Below are positions 37,605-52,899 of a stretch of DNA of 64,000 bases, one piece after another (the first letter of the stretch is position 1; the number at the start of each line of letters is the position of its first letter). The translations under genes and the position numbers were made by a program. Source of the stretch: Anaeramoeba ignava BMAN (lineage: Eukaryota; Protista; Anaeramoebae); assembly GCA_028826165.1 (NCBI GenBank), contig JAPDFW010000102.1, forward strand, positions 1-64,000, in the 5' to 3' direction. The notes under the pieces are model-generated. The model saw only the letters and a program-made list of their open reading frames with translations, was not told the DNA's origin and did no database searches.

Positions 37605-40600
37605 ATGAATCAAAATCAAAAAGAGTTAAAATTAAAGAAATTCAATAAATTCTTAATAAAACAAGCTAATAAACAATTTGGTTTAATTTTTGAAAATGAA
37701 GAAAGTTCAGATTTTAAAATTTATTGTGGAAAAGATAAAATTTCAATTCCTTGTCATAAATTTATTTTAGAATCTCGTTCAAAATATTTTATGATAAAAA
37801 CAAAAGAAAATCAAATAAATTCAATTCATTTTAATAATTTTAGTTCAGAAATTGTTAAACCAATTATTAAATTTTTTTATAATGGAAAATTTAAATTTGA
37901 TAAACAAAAATTTGAAGAATATTTTAATTTTGCAAATGAAATCAAATCAAAAGAAATTAAAACAAAAATTGAACTTGAAATTGAATTGATTTTAAATGTT
38001 GAAAATATTTTGGAAATTTATTCCAAAACCCAAAAAATCAAATCAAAAAATCTTTTACAAATTTGTCAACAATTCATTTCTCAAAATGTTCAATTTATCA
38101 TTTCAAATCCAGAATTTGAAAAAAATTTAAATCAAAATGAAATTGAATATCAAAATGAAATTGGATATCAAAATCAAAAAGAATTTTTTACAAGTTTTCC
38201 AAATGGAAGTGAATTGTTTAAAATTTGGAAAGAAATTATATCAAAGAATTATACTGAAGTAAAGAAAAAATAATTTAATTTAAAATAGTCAAACAAAAAA
38301 AAATTAATTTAATTTTCTTTTAGATTAATGAAAAAATTATTGAATTTGGTTTATTATTTCAAACTTCATTTCAAAAATGGAATCCAATTCAAACAAAATC
38401 AAATCAAAATCAAAATGAAAAATATTTTGAAAATGAAGCAATTAATGAAGCAATTTCACAAAAAGAAGCTCATCCAATAAAATTTATTCATTTCATTATA
38501 AATTTATTAATTTATTCAAAAGATTTTATTAAAGGTTTTTATTGTTATTTTTATTATAATTCTTTTTTTTTTTTTTTGAAAAAATGAAAATATTAAAAAA
38601 AATTTTTTAAAACACAAAAAAGGAAATCAAAAGGAAAACATTCAAGCTCATAAAAATTTGATTTCTTTATCAATCATTTCAATCATTTCAAAATCAAAAT
38701 TTAATCGTCAAATTTTATTTGAAAATGAAATTTTTCAAATTATTCAAGATTTATTGGAATTTACAAAAAATCTTTTTAAATTAATGGAAAACTTATTTTT
38801 TCAAAAAAAACAAAACGAATCAAATTCTTCACTTTCAATTTATTATTTAATTGAAATCCAATTTATTCTTTCAGAAATTATGACAATTTTATCTCAATTT
38901 TTAAGAGAAAGACAAGTTCTTCCAAATGAAAAAATTTTAGAATCATTTAAAGAAACAAAAATAATTTCATTATTAATTGGTAAATTTAAATTTAAATATT
39001 AAATATTAAATTATTTAAAATTAATTTAAAAAAAAATAATAGAATGTTTTGAAATTATTTTAAATCTCAGAAAGTCATTCATTTTCACAACAAAACAATT
39101 TACAATTCTATCACAAATTCTTCAAATTTTTAAAGTTATCTATGAATTAAGTTTATTATCAGAAAAAGAAAAAATTGATTTAATTTTACTTTTTTTAACA
39201 TCTTTTAAACCTCCAAATTTATCATCATCTCTTCCAAATATTGGATTTTCAAATGAAAATCAAAATCAAAATCAAGAAAAAATAGTAGAATATGAAATGA
39301 ATGAAATTGAAGATTTTTTCCAAACAAATTATTTTGTATTTGATCCAAAAATCAAAAAAGAAGAAAATCATTTCATTTTACAAAATTTCAAATCTTTAAA
39401 AGGAAATTTAATTCATTTGGAATTTCATTTTCGTTTAGATATTTTTAAATTACTTGCTAAAATTATTGAAGAAGAAAATATAATTGAACAAATTATAAAC
39501 AATAATAATATTTCATATATTGGGGATTTTATTCTTTGGGTTTCTTATTATTTTAAAGAAAAATTAACAACAAATGAAAATCAAAATGAAAATCAAAATA
39601 TTAAACCAAAAAAAGTATCAGAAATCAATCTACATCACCCCTATTTTGATTCTCTTTTTAACAATCTTAGAGATTTCCAAAAGATTGAAAAATCAAATGA
39701 AAATGATTTATCAAAAAAAAATATAAGAAAAGAATTAGATAAATTTGCAAATGAAACAAAAAGAAAAGTTAATAATTTCAAAGAAAGATTAATTTTAACT
39801 TATATTGATTTATTCAAAAATCCAAATGAAAATTCATCTTTAATTCATATTCTATCAAATCAAAAAATTATCAAAATTCAAAAATTTATCAAAAATATTT
39901 ATCCTCAAGTTCAAATGTATGTTTTATTTGAATTAAAGAGAATGATTATTAATGATGTAGATAAAGAAATTCTTAACTTTTTTCAAAAAAATGGAGGTTG
40001 GGAAATTTGTTTTTCTGATTATTTTATCAGAAATAATTCCAATAATTCGAATGTAAAGAAAAAAAAAATCTAAAATTTAAATTTAAATTTAATTTTAATT
40101 TAATTTAATTTTAATTTTAATTAGATTAAATTAAATGAAATGAATTCAGATTTACAAACATTATTAATTGATCTCATGCTTAATGTTCTTTTAACATTTC
40201 AAGATTATTTTGATTATAAATTCTTATTTAATCAAATTTCCAAAAATCAAAATATCAAATCAAATTTATCGTTATTAAATCGATTTTTAGAAATGATAAT
40301 TGAACTTATCAATAAAAATCCTCAAATTTCATCAAATAAGATTATTGAAATTAAAGCATTTGAAGGAATTGAAGAAATTTTGTTTCATTCAATCCAAGAA
40401 AAACAAAATAAATCAATTGAATTATGTTTAAAAATTCTAGATTTGTTATTTCAAAAAGCAGATATTGAAATTATTTTGCAAAATCAAGAACTTACCAATA
40501 GTTTAATTAAATTATTTAAAAACAAAATTACTCAAAAAATTTCTTTAACTCATATTCCAAAAATTCTTGAAAAAACAAAAAATTCAAATGGAGAAAAGGA

Positions 40601-43600
40601 GAATCAATTCATCTATTTTTTATTTCAAAAAATTTTATTTTTAATTCAAGAAATCAATTCAAAACAAAATCAAAACCAAGAATCAAATGAAATTGAATTT
40701 AATGATATTGAAGAACTTTTTTCAAAATGTTCAGAATCAATTTCAAAAAACCGAGAAGTTATTCAACAAATATTTTTAAATTCAAAACTATTATACATTT
40801 TCAGAGCATTGTTAGATGAAAAAGAACAAAAATCAACTCATCTTATTTTAATATTTTTGAATGAACTTATCAGAAACAATGAAACAATTATTTACGAATT
40901 TCATCAAGTAATTCCAAAATCTGAATTTATTAAATTACTTTATGAAACAGAAAAAGAAAAGCCAACAGAAAAATTATTACAAATTCTTTTTGATTTAATG
41001 ATTAGTAATGGCAAATTTTCATTAGAGAATAATTTTATTATCAGAAACAAAAATATGATAAATATTATTTTGGAACTTTATTGCCAAAATCAAAAGGAAA
41101 ATGAAAAAGAATTTGATAAAGTTTTGGAAACTTTTATCGAACTTTGTGAGAAATCAATTCATAATATTTATTGTTTTTGTGAAAAAGAAATTATTTCCTT
41201 TTTACTTGAATTAATCCCCAATATTCAAAATTTAAATTTATTCAAAAAAATTATTCAATTTATTGGAAAACTTGGAACACATAAATTTCTTGTTTCTGAA
41301 ATGAAGAAATATTTTTCCATTTTGAAGGATCAATTAAGAAAAAGAAAAAGAAAAGCAAATCAATTTGCAAATTTAATGTTAATTGAATTAAGAAAAATGA
41401 TAAATCAAAATCAAGATCAAGATCCAATAAATTTTTTTGATTTTTATGAAGAAAATTCAAATATAAAACTTCCAACTTTCAAAAATGATTTAATTTCGAA
41501 AAATTTCAGTTTTTTTACTTGGATAAGAATTGAAGATTTTCAAATGAGCAATATTCCTTTATCAAAAGAAAATGAAAATGAAAATGAAAATGAAAATGAA
41601 AATGAAAATGAAATTTGTTTAAAAAACAAAATATTTAGTTTTTTAACAGAAAATTCAAAAGGAATTGAATTACTTTTGGAATTTAACAAAGAAAACAAAA
41701 AACCAAAATCGTTTATTTATCAAATCTATTCAAATCAAGAAAATCAAATTATTGAATCAAGATTTCCATTTGAAATTGAAATGAAAAAATGGTATTTTTT
41801 CTTTTTCACACAAAAATACAAAAAATCAAATTCAGAACTTGAAATAACAATTTATATTGATGTAAATCAACAGAAAACAATAAAAATTAATTTAAAAAAC
41901 AAAATTGGAAATGGAAAAAATTTTATCAAAAATGAAATTGGTTCAAATTTTACATTTTCAATTCAACAAAAAGAAATTCAAAATCAAATTCAAATTCAAC
42001 AAAAATCATTTTATGGACAAATGGGAACAATTTATATTTTCAAAGAATCTCTTAATGAAAATCAAGTTAAAGCAATTCAATTTCTTGGAGCAAATTATAA
42101 TTTATTTTTTTATCAAAATGAAATTTTCAAATATTCAAGTTCAGAATTTGAAAAAGAATTAAAAGAAATTTTAAATGGGAAATTAACTCAAAAAATAATA
42201 ATTTATCATAATCCAAAAACAATAAAAGAAAATTTCTGTTTGAATGAATCTTCAACAAATATTATCAAAAAACATTCAAAAATAAATAATATTTATTCAT
42301 TTACAACAACTAAAATACAAGATATTATTCACTGTTTAGGAGGATTTGAAATATTTTTTTATTTAATTCTTGAAATTGATGAATTATTCCAAGAAGGAAA
42401 TGAAAAAAATGAAAATCAAAATCGAAAATCAAAATGAAAATCAAAATGAAAATCAAAATGAAAATAATGAAAATAATCAAAATAATGAAAATAATCAAAA
42501 TGAAAATAATGAAAATAATGAAAATAATGAAAATAATGAAAATCAAAATGATGAAAATAATGAAAATAATGAAAATAATGAAAATAATGAAAATGAAAAT
42601 AATGAAAATAATGAAAATAATCAAAATAATGAAAATAATGAAAATAATCAAAATAATGAAAATCATGAAAATAATGAAAATAATCAAAAAAATGAAAATA
42701 ATGAAAATCAAAATGAAAATCAAAATGAAAATAATGAAAATAATCAAAAAAATGAAAATCAAAATGAAAATAATGAAAATAATGAAAATAATGAAAATAA
42801 TGAAAATAATGAAAATAATGAAAATAATGAAAATCAAAATGAAAATAATCAAAATAATCAAAAAAATGAAAATAATGAAAATAATGAAAATCAAAATAAA
42901 TTGATTTTTGAAGAAATATTAAAAATAATTCAAGATAGTTTACTAAAAGATCAATTTTTTCAAGAAGAAATTATCCAAAAACAAAAATTCCTAATATTCA
43001 GTCTAATACTTAAATCAATTCATTCAAAATATTTTTCAAACCAAATTTATCATCTTATCAAAACATTGAAAGAAAAAATTCAAAATGAAAAATTCCAAAT
43101 ACAACTTAAAGATCATTTAATTTTTGATTTTGAAATTTGGAAAAATTTCAGTTTTGAAATTCAGAAAGAAATTATCTCTCAAAATAAAAATCAAAATATT
43201 ACAATATTTGATTTATTAATTATATTGAATTATTATGATGAATCTTTAAACAAAATGCAAAAATCAAATTCGTCTCTTCAATATTCCAATTTCCAAAATC
43301 AATTTGATGAATTATCTCAAAATTTATTTTCAATTATTGAAATTCTTTCTGATCAAATTGAAAATGATATCTCAAAATTAGAATATATAAAATCTTTGGT
43401 TTCATCATGTTTACTTTTCAAAACACAATATTTTATGGAAAAAACACTTGAATTTATTTACAAAATTATGAAGGAAAATATAAAACAAAATTGGAAAGAA
43501 TTATTTACAGATGAATTATTTGAACCGTTCATTCAATTAATGAAAGAAAATAAAAACAATATAAAAATAATTGAAATATGTCTTGAAATTATTTATTTTA

Positions 43601-46600
43601 TTGATATTTCTCTTAATGAAAATCAGGAAAGTAATCAAAATTTGGAAAAGAAAAAAGAATTAGATAAATTGGAAGATTTTTATCCTTTAATTCACAATAT
43701 ATTGATTAATAATATAAATCAAATTTCAAAAGAAATTGTGGATATTCTTTTCAAAATGATGATTTATGAAAAAATAACTGAGAAATCTAAAATTTTATTT
43801 ATTCAAAACGCATTTATTTTAGAAACAATTTGTGAAATTTTTAATCGTTCTCCAAATTTATTTAATATCATGAATTTCAATAATCTATTCGTTTTAATAG
43901 CAGAAAATAATTTCAACAAAGAGAAAATTCTCTCACAATTTGGATGGCAAAAATGGTTAAGTTCTTTAATAAATTTCAATTATTTTCATGAAAACGAAAA
44001 TAATCAAAATCAAATTGAAATTGAAAATCAAAATGAAAATCAAAAAGATATTAATGAAATTATTTTCAAATTTTTCAATTTAATGTTTATTTATTGTTTC
44101 CATAATCAATCTTACAATTTCCCAGAAATATTTGAAAATTTTCTTTCATCTGTTTACTTAGTCCATTCTACATCAACAGATAAAGAAACAATTCCTAAAA
44201 TAATTAAAAGAATAATAAATGATATTTTTGAGGATCTTAATCAAAATTCAAAACAAGAAATTGATAAGAAAAACACTAATCGATATTTATTTATATCAAT
44301 TTTAACAAATTCAAATATATCAAAAGAAGATTTTTTCAAGAATTTATTTTATTTAGTCAAAGTATTAAATGGAATTGTTTTCAAATTATCAAAAAATAAA
44401 TTTCAATTCCCAATTTCAGAAAAAAAAATACCAGATTCATTGATTCAAACAACAATTTCAAAACATTTTACAAAAATTCTCAAAACTCCAAAATCAAATG
44501 AAAAAATCAATTTAAAAAATGAAATGGATTTAAATAACATTTTACAAATTAAATTTCATTTATTTGAAAAAACAGAACTTTTGAAAAATTTAATTCTTAT
44601 TTTGGAAAATTTTGAATTTTTCAAAGAAAAAGAAATTCAAATCAAAAGAAGAGAAGAAACAAGAATAATTCACAAAATTATCATTTTCTTAATTTTTGTA
44701 ACAATTCCAAAATCAGACCTTAAATTAACTAATTTTCTTCTTTCCAAATTAAATGAAATGATAAACCAATTAATAAATTTTAAATCATCTCCAATTCAAA
44801 ATCCACAAGAATTAATTACAATTTGTTTCTCTTTCTTATTTTCTTATATTCAAAATGAAAATGAAAATGAAAACGAAAATGAAAATGAAATTCAAATTCA
44901 AAATCAAAATCAAAATCAAATTCAAAATCAAGCAAAAAAGAAAATTTTATTAACCTATTTTCAAATGATTATGCAAGAAAATTACAATTTCTTATTTGGA
45001 TTATTTTCAAGTCAAAACAAAAAACATTCTTTACTTCCTCGAAATTCAAATAATTCAATAATATTTTCAAGTAAAGATATTGAAGAATTTGAAGAAGAAA
45101 TAATGAAAGAAAAATGGAAAAAGGCAGTAAAGATTGTTTTCTTTCCAATAAATGAAAAAATTTGCAAAGATATTGAAGAAAATGAAAAAGAATTTGTTAG
45201 AATTCAATCAAACAATATATCTTATTTGAAAAAAATATTTAATCAAGAATATATTATTAAACAAAAAGAAATTTCAATCATTTCAAACAAACTTGAAAAA
45301 CAAAAGCAAAATATCATTTCAAAAGAAAAAGAACGAAAATTGAAAATGGAAAATAATCAAGAAGAAAATAAAATCAATTATTTAAAGGAATTTAAGGAAA
45401 TAATTAAAAATTCAATTTTAGAAAAATATCCTTGGAGTTCAAATTCAATAAGTATTTTGGATAAAGAATTTAAAAATGAACAAGAAAATTATTATATTAA
45501 AATTTCAGAAATTGAAGATGAAATGAGAAGACAAAAGAAACTAAAATTTTATTCTCAAAAAAATGAAAATGAAAATGAGCAGAATTTGATAAAATTAAAT
45601 CAAAAAATCAAAACTAAAATAAATGAAATTGAAGAAGAATTATCACAAATACAAAATGATGATAATAATTCATTTACAACAAAATGTGAAATAATTTCCA
45701 AAACCAAAATAACAAAAGGAACATTTGAAATTACAGAAAACTCAATTAATTTTTTTAATTTTGATTTAACAAAAGAAAAAGAAAAAGAAAAGAGTTATTT
45801 ATGGAAAATTGAAATGGTTGAATCAATACATAAAAGAAGATATCATTTCAATCATTCAGCATTAGAAATATTTTTTTCGAATAATAGGAAATTTATATTT
45901 TTCAATTTTGAAACAATGGAAAAAAGAAATGAAATTTATGATAAAATTCAAAATCATAAATTAACAAGTATTTATCAATCAAAATATAATTATTCAGGAA
46001 ATGAATCAACAAAATGGATTGAAAAAACACAAATAACAAACCAATGGAAAGAAAGAAAAATATCTAATTTTGAATATATTATGTATTTAAACACAATATC
46101 AGGAAGATCATATCAAGATATATCACAATATCCAATTTTCCCATGGATTATTTCTGATTATGAATCTGAAAAACTAGATCTTAATAATCCAGAAATATTT
46201 AGAGACTTATCAAAACCTATTGGAATATTAAATAATAAAATACAAATTATTAAAGAGAAATATCAAATAAAAGGAAAAGAACAAGAATTTGATTTCAATT
46301 ATCAAACACTTTATTCAAATCCAGAAATTGTTTCATCTTATTTGATTAGATTAGAACCATTTACTTCAATTTGTTTAAAAGAAAAATATTCAATATTCAA
46401 ATCAATTCCGGAAACATGGAAAAAAATCAAAGAAGAAAATAACCAATTTATTGGAGAACTTATTCCAGAATTTTTCCATTTACCAGATTTTTTAAGAAAA
46501 AGAAAAATATTTTCAAATCAAAATCAAAATCAAAATCAAAATCAAAATCGAAAATCAAAATCAAAATCAAAATCTAAAAACAAAATCAAAATCAAAATCA

Positions 46601-48103
46601 AAATCAAAATCAAAATCAAAATCAAAATCAAAATCAAAATCAAAATCAAAATCAAAATCAAAATCAAAATCAAAATCAAAATCAAAATCAAAATCAAAAT
46701 CAAATTGAAAATGAAATTGAAAATGAAATTGAAAATGTTGAACTTCCAAAATGGGCTAAAACACCAGAAGAATTTATTCAAATAAATAAAGAAGCACTTG
46801 AATCAGAACATGTTTCAGAAAATATTAATGAATGGATTGATTTAATATTTGGATATAAACAAAAAGGAAAACAAGCCAAAAAATCAATTAATTTATTTCA
46901 TCCAAATTTATATGAAGAAAATATTGATTTTTCAAAATTTGAGAAAGAAAAAATCAAAAAAGAAATTCAAAGAAATGGACAAATTCCAATACAATTATTT
47001 ACAAAAAAGCATCCAAAAAGATTTACAAAAAAAGAAATGGAACAACAATATTTTTCATCTCGTTTTTCATCATTTGAATGGAAAAATATCTTGTTATCAA
47101 ATATAACTCTCAATTTTGTCAGAAAAAGATTTACAATGAGTTCAAATGCAATTATATTTATCAATTATATAGAAATGATTGAATCTATAAAGATACTTGG
47201 TGGATTTGATAAAATTATCACATTTGATAAAGAAATAAATATTGGAAAACTTGAATTTTCTTTAGTTTATCCAAATTCAAATCAACCAAATTTTGATTTC
47301 AAAATTGAAGGAAAAGAAGAAGAAAAAATTGGAGTTTCATTTGCAAAAGATTTTAATAATTTCCAAGAATGTTTAGCAATGAATAAAGATTCAAAATATA
47401 TTGTTTGTTGTGGATTTTATGACAATACTTTCAAAATAATTGATATTGAAAATTTCAAAATTATTCAAAGTATTTCAAAACATATAGATATTGTGAATTG
47501 TTTGAAAATGAATTGGAAATATATTGTTACAGGATCACAAGATACAACAGTAATTGTTTGGGAAATTGATTTGAAAGAAGGGAAAGTGAAAGAAATTCCA
47601 AAACATATTTTTTTTGAACATGAAAAAGAAGTGAAAAGTGTTGCAATTTCAGTTGAATATGATATTGTTTTAAGTGGATCTATTGATGGAAAATTAATAT
47701 TTCATTCGTTAAACAAAGGAAAACTTATTCAATCAATAATTTTATCAGATCAAAAACCAATTTCAATTATTAAAATAATTAAAGAAGGAAATATTATTAC
47801 ATTTTCAGAAAATTCTAATAAATTAAGATTATTTACAATTAATGGATATTTACTAAAAGAAGTTAAATGTTTGCAAAATATTTATTCAATTTCAATTACA
47901 GAAGATTCAAATTTTATATTTTTAGGAGGAGAAAAAGGAATTCTTGAAATTAGGAAATTATTTAATTTAGAACCAATTCAAAAATTGATTTAAAAGAAAA
48001 AATTTATTCAATTTCTATTATTGAAAAAGGATTTTCAATTATTATTGGATTTGGAAATGGAGAATTAAGTATTGGGAATTTTATTGAAAGAAAAGAAAAC
48101 TAA
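37605..48103 (+). CDS. Large BEACH-domain protein (BTB - helical region - ConA-like - PH - BEACH - WD40), neurobeachin/LvsA-like
   Basis: N-terminal BTB (SDFKIYC..CHKFILESRSKYF); FSFFTWIRIE..FYGQMG (ConA-like); IHKRRYHFNHSALEIF (PH); ISNFEYIMYLNTISGRSYQDISQYPIFPW, ELIPEFF, ELPKWA, WIDLIFGYKQ, GQIP (BEACH); WD40 IVTGSQD, LSGSIDG. Four short coding introns; indels in N/Q tracts. Confidence 0.88.
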
Positions 48104-48193
48104 AAATTTAAAATTTAAAATTTAAAAAAAAAAAAGCAAAAAAAATATTTTTTATTTTTCATTTTTTTTTTCTCTCTTTAAAAAAGCAAAAAA

Positions 48194-51100
48194 ATGAATC
48201 AAAACGAAAAAAACAAAAAATTATTTTCAGTTTGTCAAAATGGTTCAGTAAAAGAAATTAAATTCCTAATAGAAAACGGAGCAGATATTACAATTAAAAA
48301 TTCAATTTACCAAACACCTTTACATTTAATTTGTAAATTTCAAAAACCAGAAGATTCAAGTTTATTTGAAATTATTAAATATCTAATTGAAAAAGGAATT
48401 GATATTAATTCTAAAAGTTATGGAAATGAAACACCTTTACATTTAATTTGTCAAAATCAAAACCAAAATCAATTTGAAATTATTAAGTACTTAATTGAAA
48501 AAGGTTCTGATATTAACTCTAAAAGTTATGGAAATGGAACAGCTTTACATTATATTTGTAAATTTTCAAATCAAAATCCGAATTTATTTGAAATTATCAA
48601 ATATCTAATTGAAAAAGGTTCTGATATTAATGCAAAAACTACTTCTAATGAAACACCTTTACATTATATTTGCAAAAATCAAAATCAAAATCAATTTGAA
48701 ATTATTAAGTACTTAATTGAAAAAGGTTCTGATATTAATTTAAAAAATGAAAAGAATGAAACACCTTTACATTTAATTTGCCAAAATCAAAATCCAAATT
48801 CATTCGAAATTATTAAATATCTAATTGAAAAAGGTTCTGATATTAATTTAAAAAATGAAAAGAATGAAACACTTTTACATTTAATTTGCCAAAATCAAAA
48901 TCCAAATTCTTTTGAAATTATTAAATATCTAATTGAAAAAGGTTCTGATATTAACTTAAAAAATGAAAAGGATGAAACACTTTTACATTTAATTTGCAAA
49001 AATCAAAATCCAAATTCATTCGAAATTATTAAATATCTAATTGAAAAAGGTGTTGATATTAACTTAAAAAACAAATTGGGTGAAACACCTTTGCATTATA
49101 TTTGCAAAAATCAAAATCTAGATGCACTTGAAATTATTAAGTATCTAATCGAAAAAGAAGCAGATATTAATACAGAAAATGAAAAGAATGAAACACCTTT
49201 ACATTTAATTTGCCAAAATTCAAATCCAAATTCATTTGAGATTATCAAGTTTCTAATTGAAAAAAAGGCAAATATGAACATAAAAAACCATTTGGGTGAA
49301 ACACCTTTGCATTGTGCTTGTAAATTCACGAATCCAAATTCATTTGAAATTATTAAATATTTAATTAAAAACGGAGCTTATATTGATCAAAAAGATTATT
49401 CAAGTGAAACACTATTACACTTAGCTTGCAAAAATCAAAATCCAAATTTACTTGAAATTATTAAATATCTAATCAAAAAAGGTTCTTATATTCACACAAA
49501 TACAAATCACAACGAAACAGCTTTACATTTAGTTTGTCAATTTCAAACTAAAAACCCGAATTTATTTGAAATTATCAAATTTCTAATTGAAAAAAAGGCT
49601 AATATTAATGCAAAAACAAATCAAAATGAAACACCTCTACATTTACTTTGTAAATTTCAAAATCCAAATTCATTTGAAATTATCAAATATTTAATTGAAA
49701 AAAAAGCGGATCTTAATGCCAAAACTTATCAAAATGAAACACCATTATTTTACTCTTTCAAATATTATTTGCAAAATCCAATTCCAATTCCAAATCAAAA
49801 TCCAAATTCATTTGAAATTATCAAATATTTAATTGAAAAAGGATCAGATGTTAACGTACAAAATTCTCAAATTGAATCACTTTTGCATCTTGTTTGCCAA
49901 AATCCAAATCCAAATCTAAATTTATTTGAAATTATCAAATTTCTAATTGAAAAAGGAGGATATATTAATTCAAAAAATAACTTAAATGAGACACCGTTAC
50001 TTTTACTTTGCAAATTCCAAAATAAAAATCCAAATTCATTTGAGATTATCAAATATCTAATTGAAAAAGGTGCTGATGTCAATATCAAAAATTCACAAAA
50101 CGAAACACCATTATTTTATTCTTTTCAAAATCATTTCCAAAATCCAAATCCAAATCCAAAATCATTTGAAATTATCAAATACTTAATTGAAAAAAGATCA
50201 GATGTGAATGTAAAAAACAGATATATTAACGAAACACCTTTACATTATGCTTGCATTAATCAAAATCCAAATCCAAATCTAAATTTATTTGAAATTATCA
50301 AAATTCTAATTGAAAAAAGAGCTGATGTTAATGCAAAAACCGATAGAAATGAAACACCTTTACATTTAATCTTGCATTAATCAAAATCCAAATCCAAATC
50401 TAAATTTATTTGAAATTATCAAAATTCTAATTGAAAAAAGAGCTGATGTTAATGCAAAAACCGATAGAAATGAAACACCTTTACATTTAATTTGTCAAAA
50501 TCGGAATCCAAATCTAAATTTATTTGAAATTATCAAATTTATAATTGAAAAAAGAGCTGATGTTAATGCAAAAACCGATAAAAATGAAACACCTTTACAT
50601 TTAATTTGTCAAAATCGGAATCCAAATCTAAATTTATTTGAGATTATCAAATTTATAATTGAAAAAAGAGTTAATATAAATGCAATCAACAAACAAAATG
50701 AAACACCATTACATTTAGTTTGTCAATTTCAAGCTCCAAATCCAAATTTATTTGAGATTATCAAATATTTAATTGAAAAAAAAGCAAATATAAATGCAAT
50801 CAACAAACAAAATGAAACACCATTACATTTAGTTTGTCAATATAAAAATCCAAATTTATTTGAGATTATCAAATATCTAATTGAAAAAAAAGCAGATATA
50901 AATGCAATCAACAATCAAAATGAAACACCATTACATTATTCTTGCAGATATACAAGTATGAATTCATTTGAGATTATCAAATATCTAATTGAAAAAAAAG
51001 CAGATATTCATGCAAAAAACAAACAAAATGAAACACCATTGCTTTTTCTTTTCAGATATCAAAACGTGAATCCAAATTCACTCGAAATTATGAAATATCT

Positions 51101-52568
51101 AATTGAAAAAGGAGCTGATATTCATTCCAAAAACAGTTCAGATGAAACAGCTTTACATTTAGTTTGTCAATTTCAAGATAAAAATCTAAATTTATTTGAG
51201 ATTATCAAATTTCTAATTGAAAAAAAAGTTGGAATTAATGCAAAAAACAATTCAAATCAAACACCTTTACATTTACTTTGCGAAAACCAATATCAAAACC
51301 CCAAATTATTGGAAATTATTCAATATCTAGTTGAAAATGGAGCTGATATTAATTCAAAAAACAACTCAAATGAAACACCTTTACATTTAGTTTGCAAAGT
51401 CCAAAATCAAAACCCAAATATATTCAAGATTATCAAATATCTAGTTGAAATAGGAGCTGATATTAATTCAAAAAACAACCAAAATGAAACAATACTACAT
51501 TATTTTTTTCAAAACTATTATCAAATTCAAAAGGAAGATAAATTACTTGAAATTAGCAAATATTTAATTGAAAATGGAGTTGATGTCAATGTAAAGAACA
51601 AACAAGACGAAACATTTTTAATTTTAGCTGTCAGATTCCAATATTTGAAACTGATGAAATTTCTGATTATGAATGATGCGAATATATTTGATTTCGCACT
51701 AAATGAAATGAATTCCAAAATTTATGAATTGTTTCCGAAAATTTATTCAATTAATGAAGATATGGAAAAATTATTGAAATCAAATGATAATTTATCAGAT
51801 TATCAAATTGAATCAAATGAGTTTTTCAAATTTAAAGTTCATAAGCTTATGCTTTTAACAAGGTTCAATAACGATGAAATAATTTTACAAAAATTTGTTG
51901 ATATTTGCCAAAGAAAAACAAAAGAGCAAGTTCAATTTGCTTTAAATTTTCTTTATACAGGTTTTCCTAATTTTGAACATTTAATGGAAAAATTTGAGCT
52001 TTCCAAAGATTACAATAATCAATATAAGAAAACTCAAAGTGATTATTATTCATCCAAAATTGATTGGAGTAATTTTATGCAAAAAGAAAATGAAATTAAA
52101 GAAATGAGAACAAATCTAACCAAAGATGATAAAAAGGAAGAAGAAATTATTGAAGATTTTTTCAAAGAAATTGGATTTGATTCAAAATGGATTGAAGCAA
52201 AAAAAGGAAGAAAAGGAATATTAAAAGATTTACAAAAATTATATGAAGAAGATCAAACAAAAAAAGATTTTACAATAATTAGTGAAGAAAAGGAAATTAA
52301 AGCTCACAAATTAATATTAATGATAAGAAGTGATTTATTTCGAGGAATGTTTTTAAATGTTCAAGATTCTTCTAACCAAGTTCATGATTATTCAGGAAAA
52401 TCATTTGAAACAATTCAACATTTAATTTATTTTCTTTATCATGATGAATTTGAAAAAGAAACAAAAGAAATTAAAACAGAAATTATTGAAGAATTTGAAG
52501 ATTTAAAAGATTATTATCAATTAAATCAAAATTCAATAATTGATTTAATTTTAAACAATCAAAATTAA
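48194..52568 (+). CDS. Long ankyrin-repeat protein with C-terminal BTB-like module (frameshift at ~50370)
   Basis: About 30 ETPLHxxC..FEIIKYLIEKG repeats continue through 50380-50958 in a shifted frame; C-terminal KVHKLMLLTR and KAHKLILMIRSDLFRGMF. Confidence 0.88.
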
Positions 52569-52860
52569 AATTCATTTATAAAATTAAAATTAAAATTCAT
52601 TTATAAAATTAAAATTAAAATTAAAATTAAAATCAAAATCAAAATTAAAATCAAAATCAAAATCAAAATCAAAATCAAAATTAAAATTAAAATCAAAATC
52701 AAAATCAAAATCAAAATTAAAATTAAAATTAAAATTCATTTATAAAATTAAAATCAAAATCAAAATCAAAATCAAAATCAAAATTAAAATTAAAATTAAA
52801 ATCAAAATCAAAATTAAAATCAAAATTAAAATCAAAATTAAAATCAAAATTAAAAATTAA
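52569..52860. repeat. (AAAATY)n intergenic hexamer repeat
   Basis: Tandem AAAATT/AAAATC directly after the stop codon. Confidence 0.8.
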
Positions 52861-52899
52861 AAATCCAAAAATATTTTTTTCATTTTTTTCTTTTTAAAA

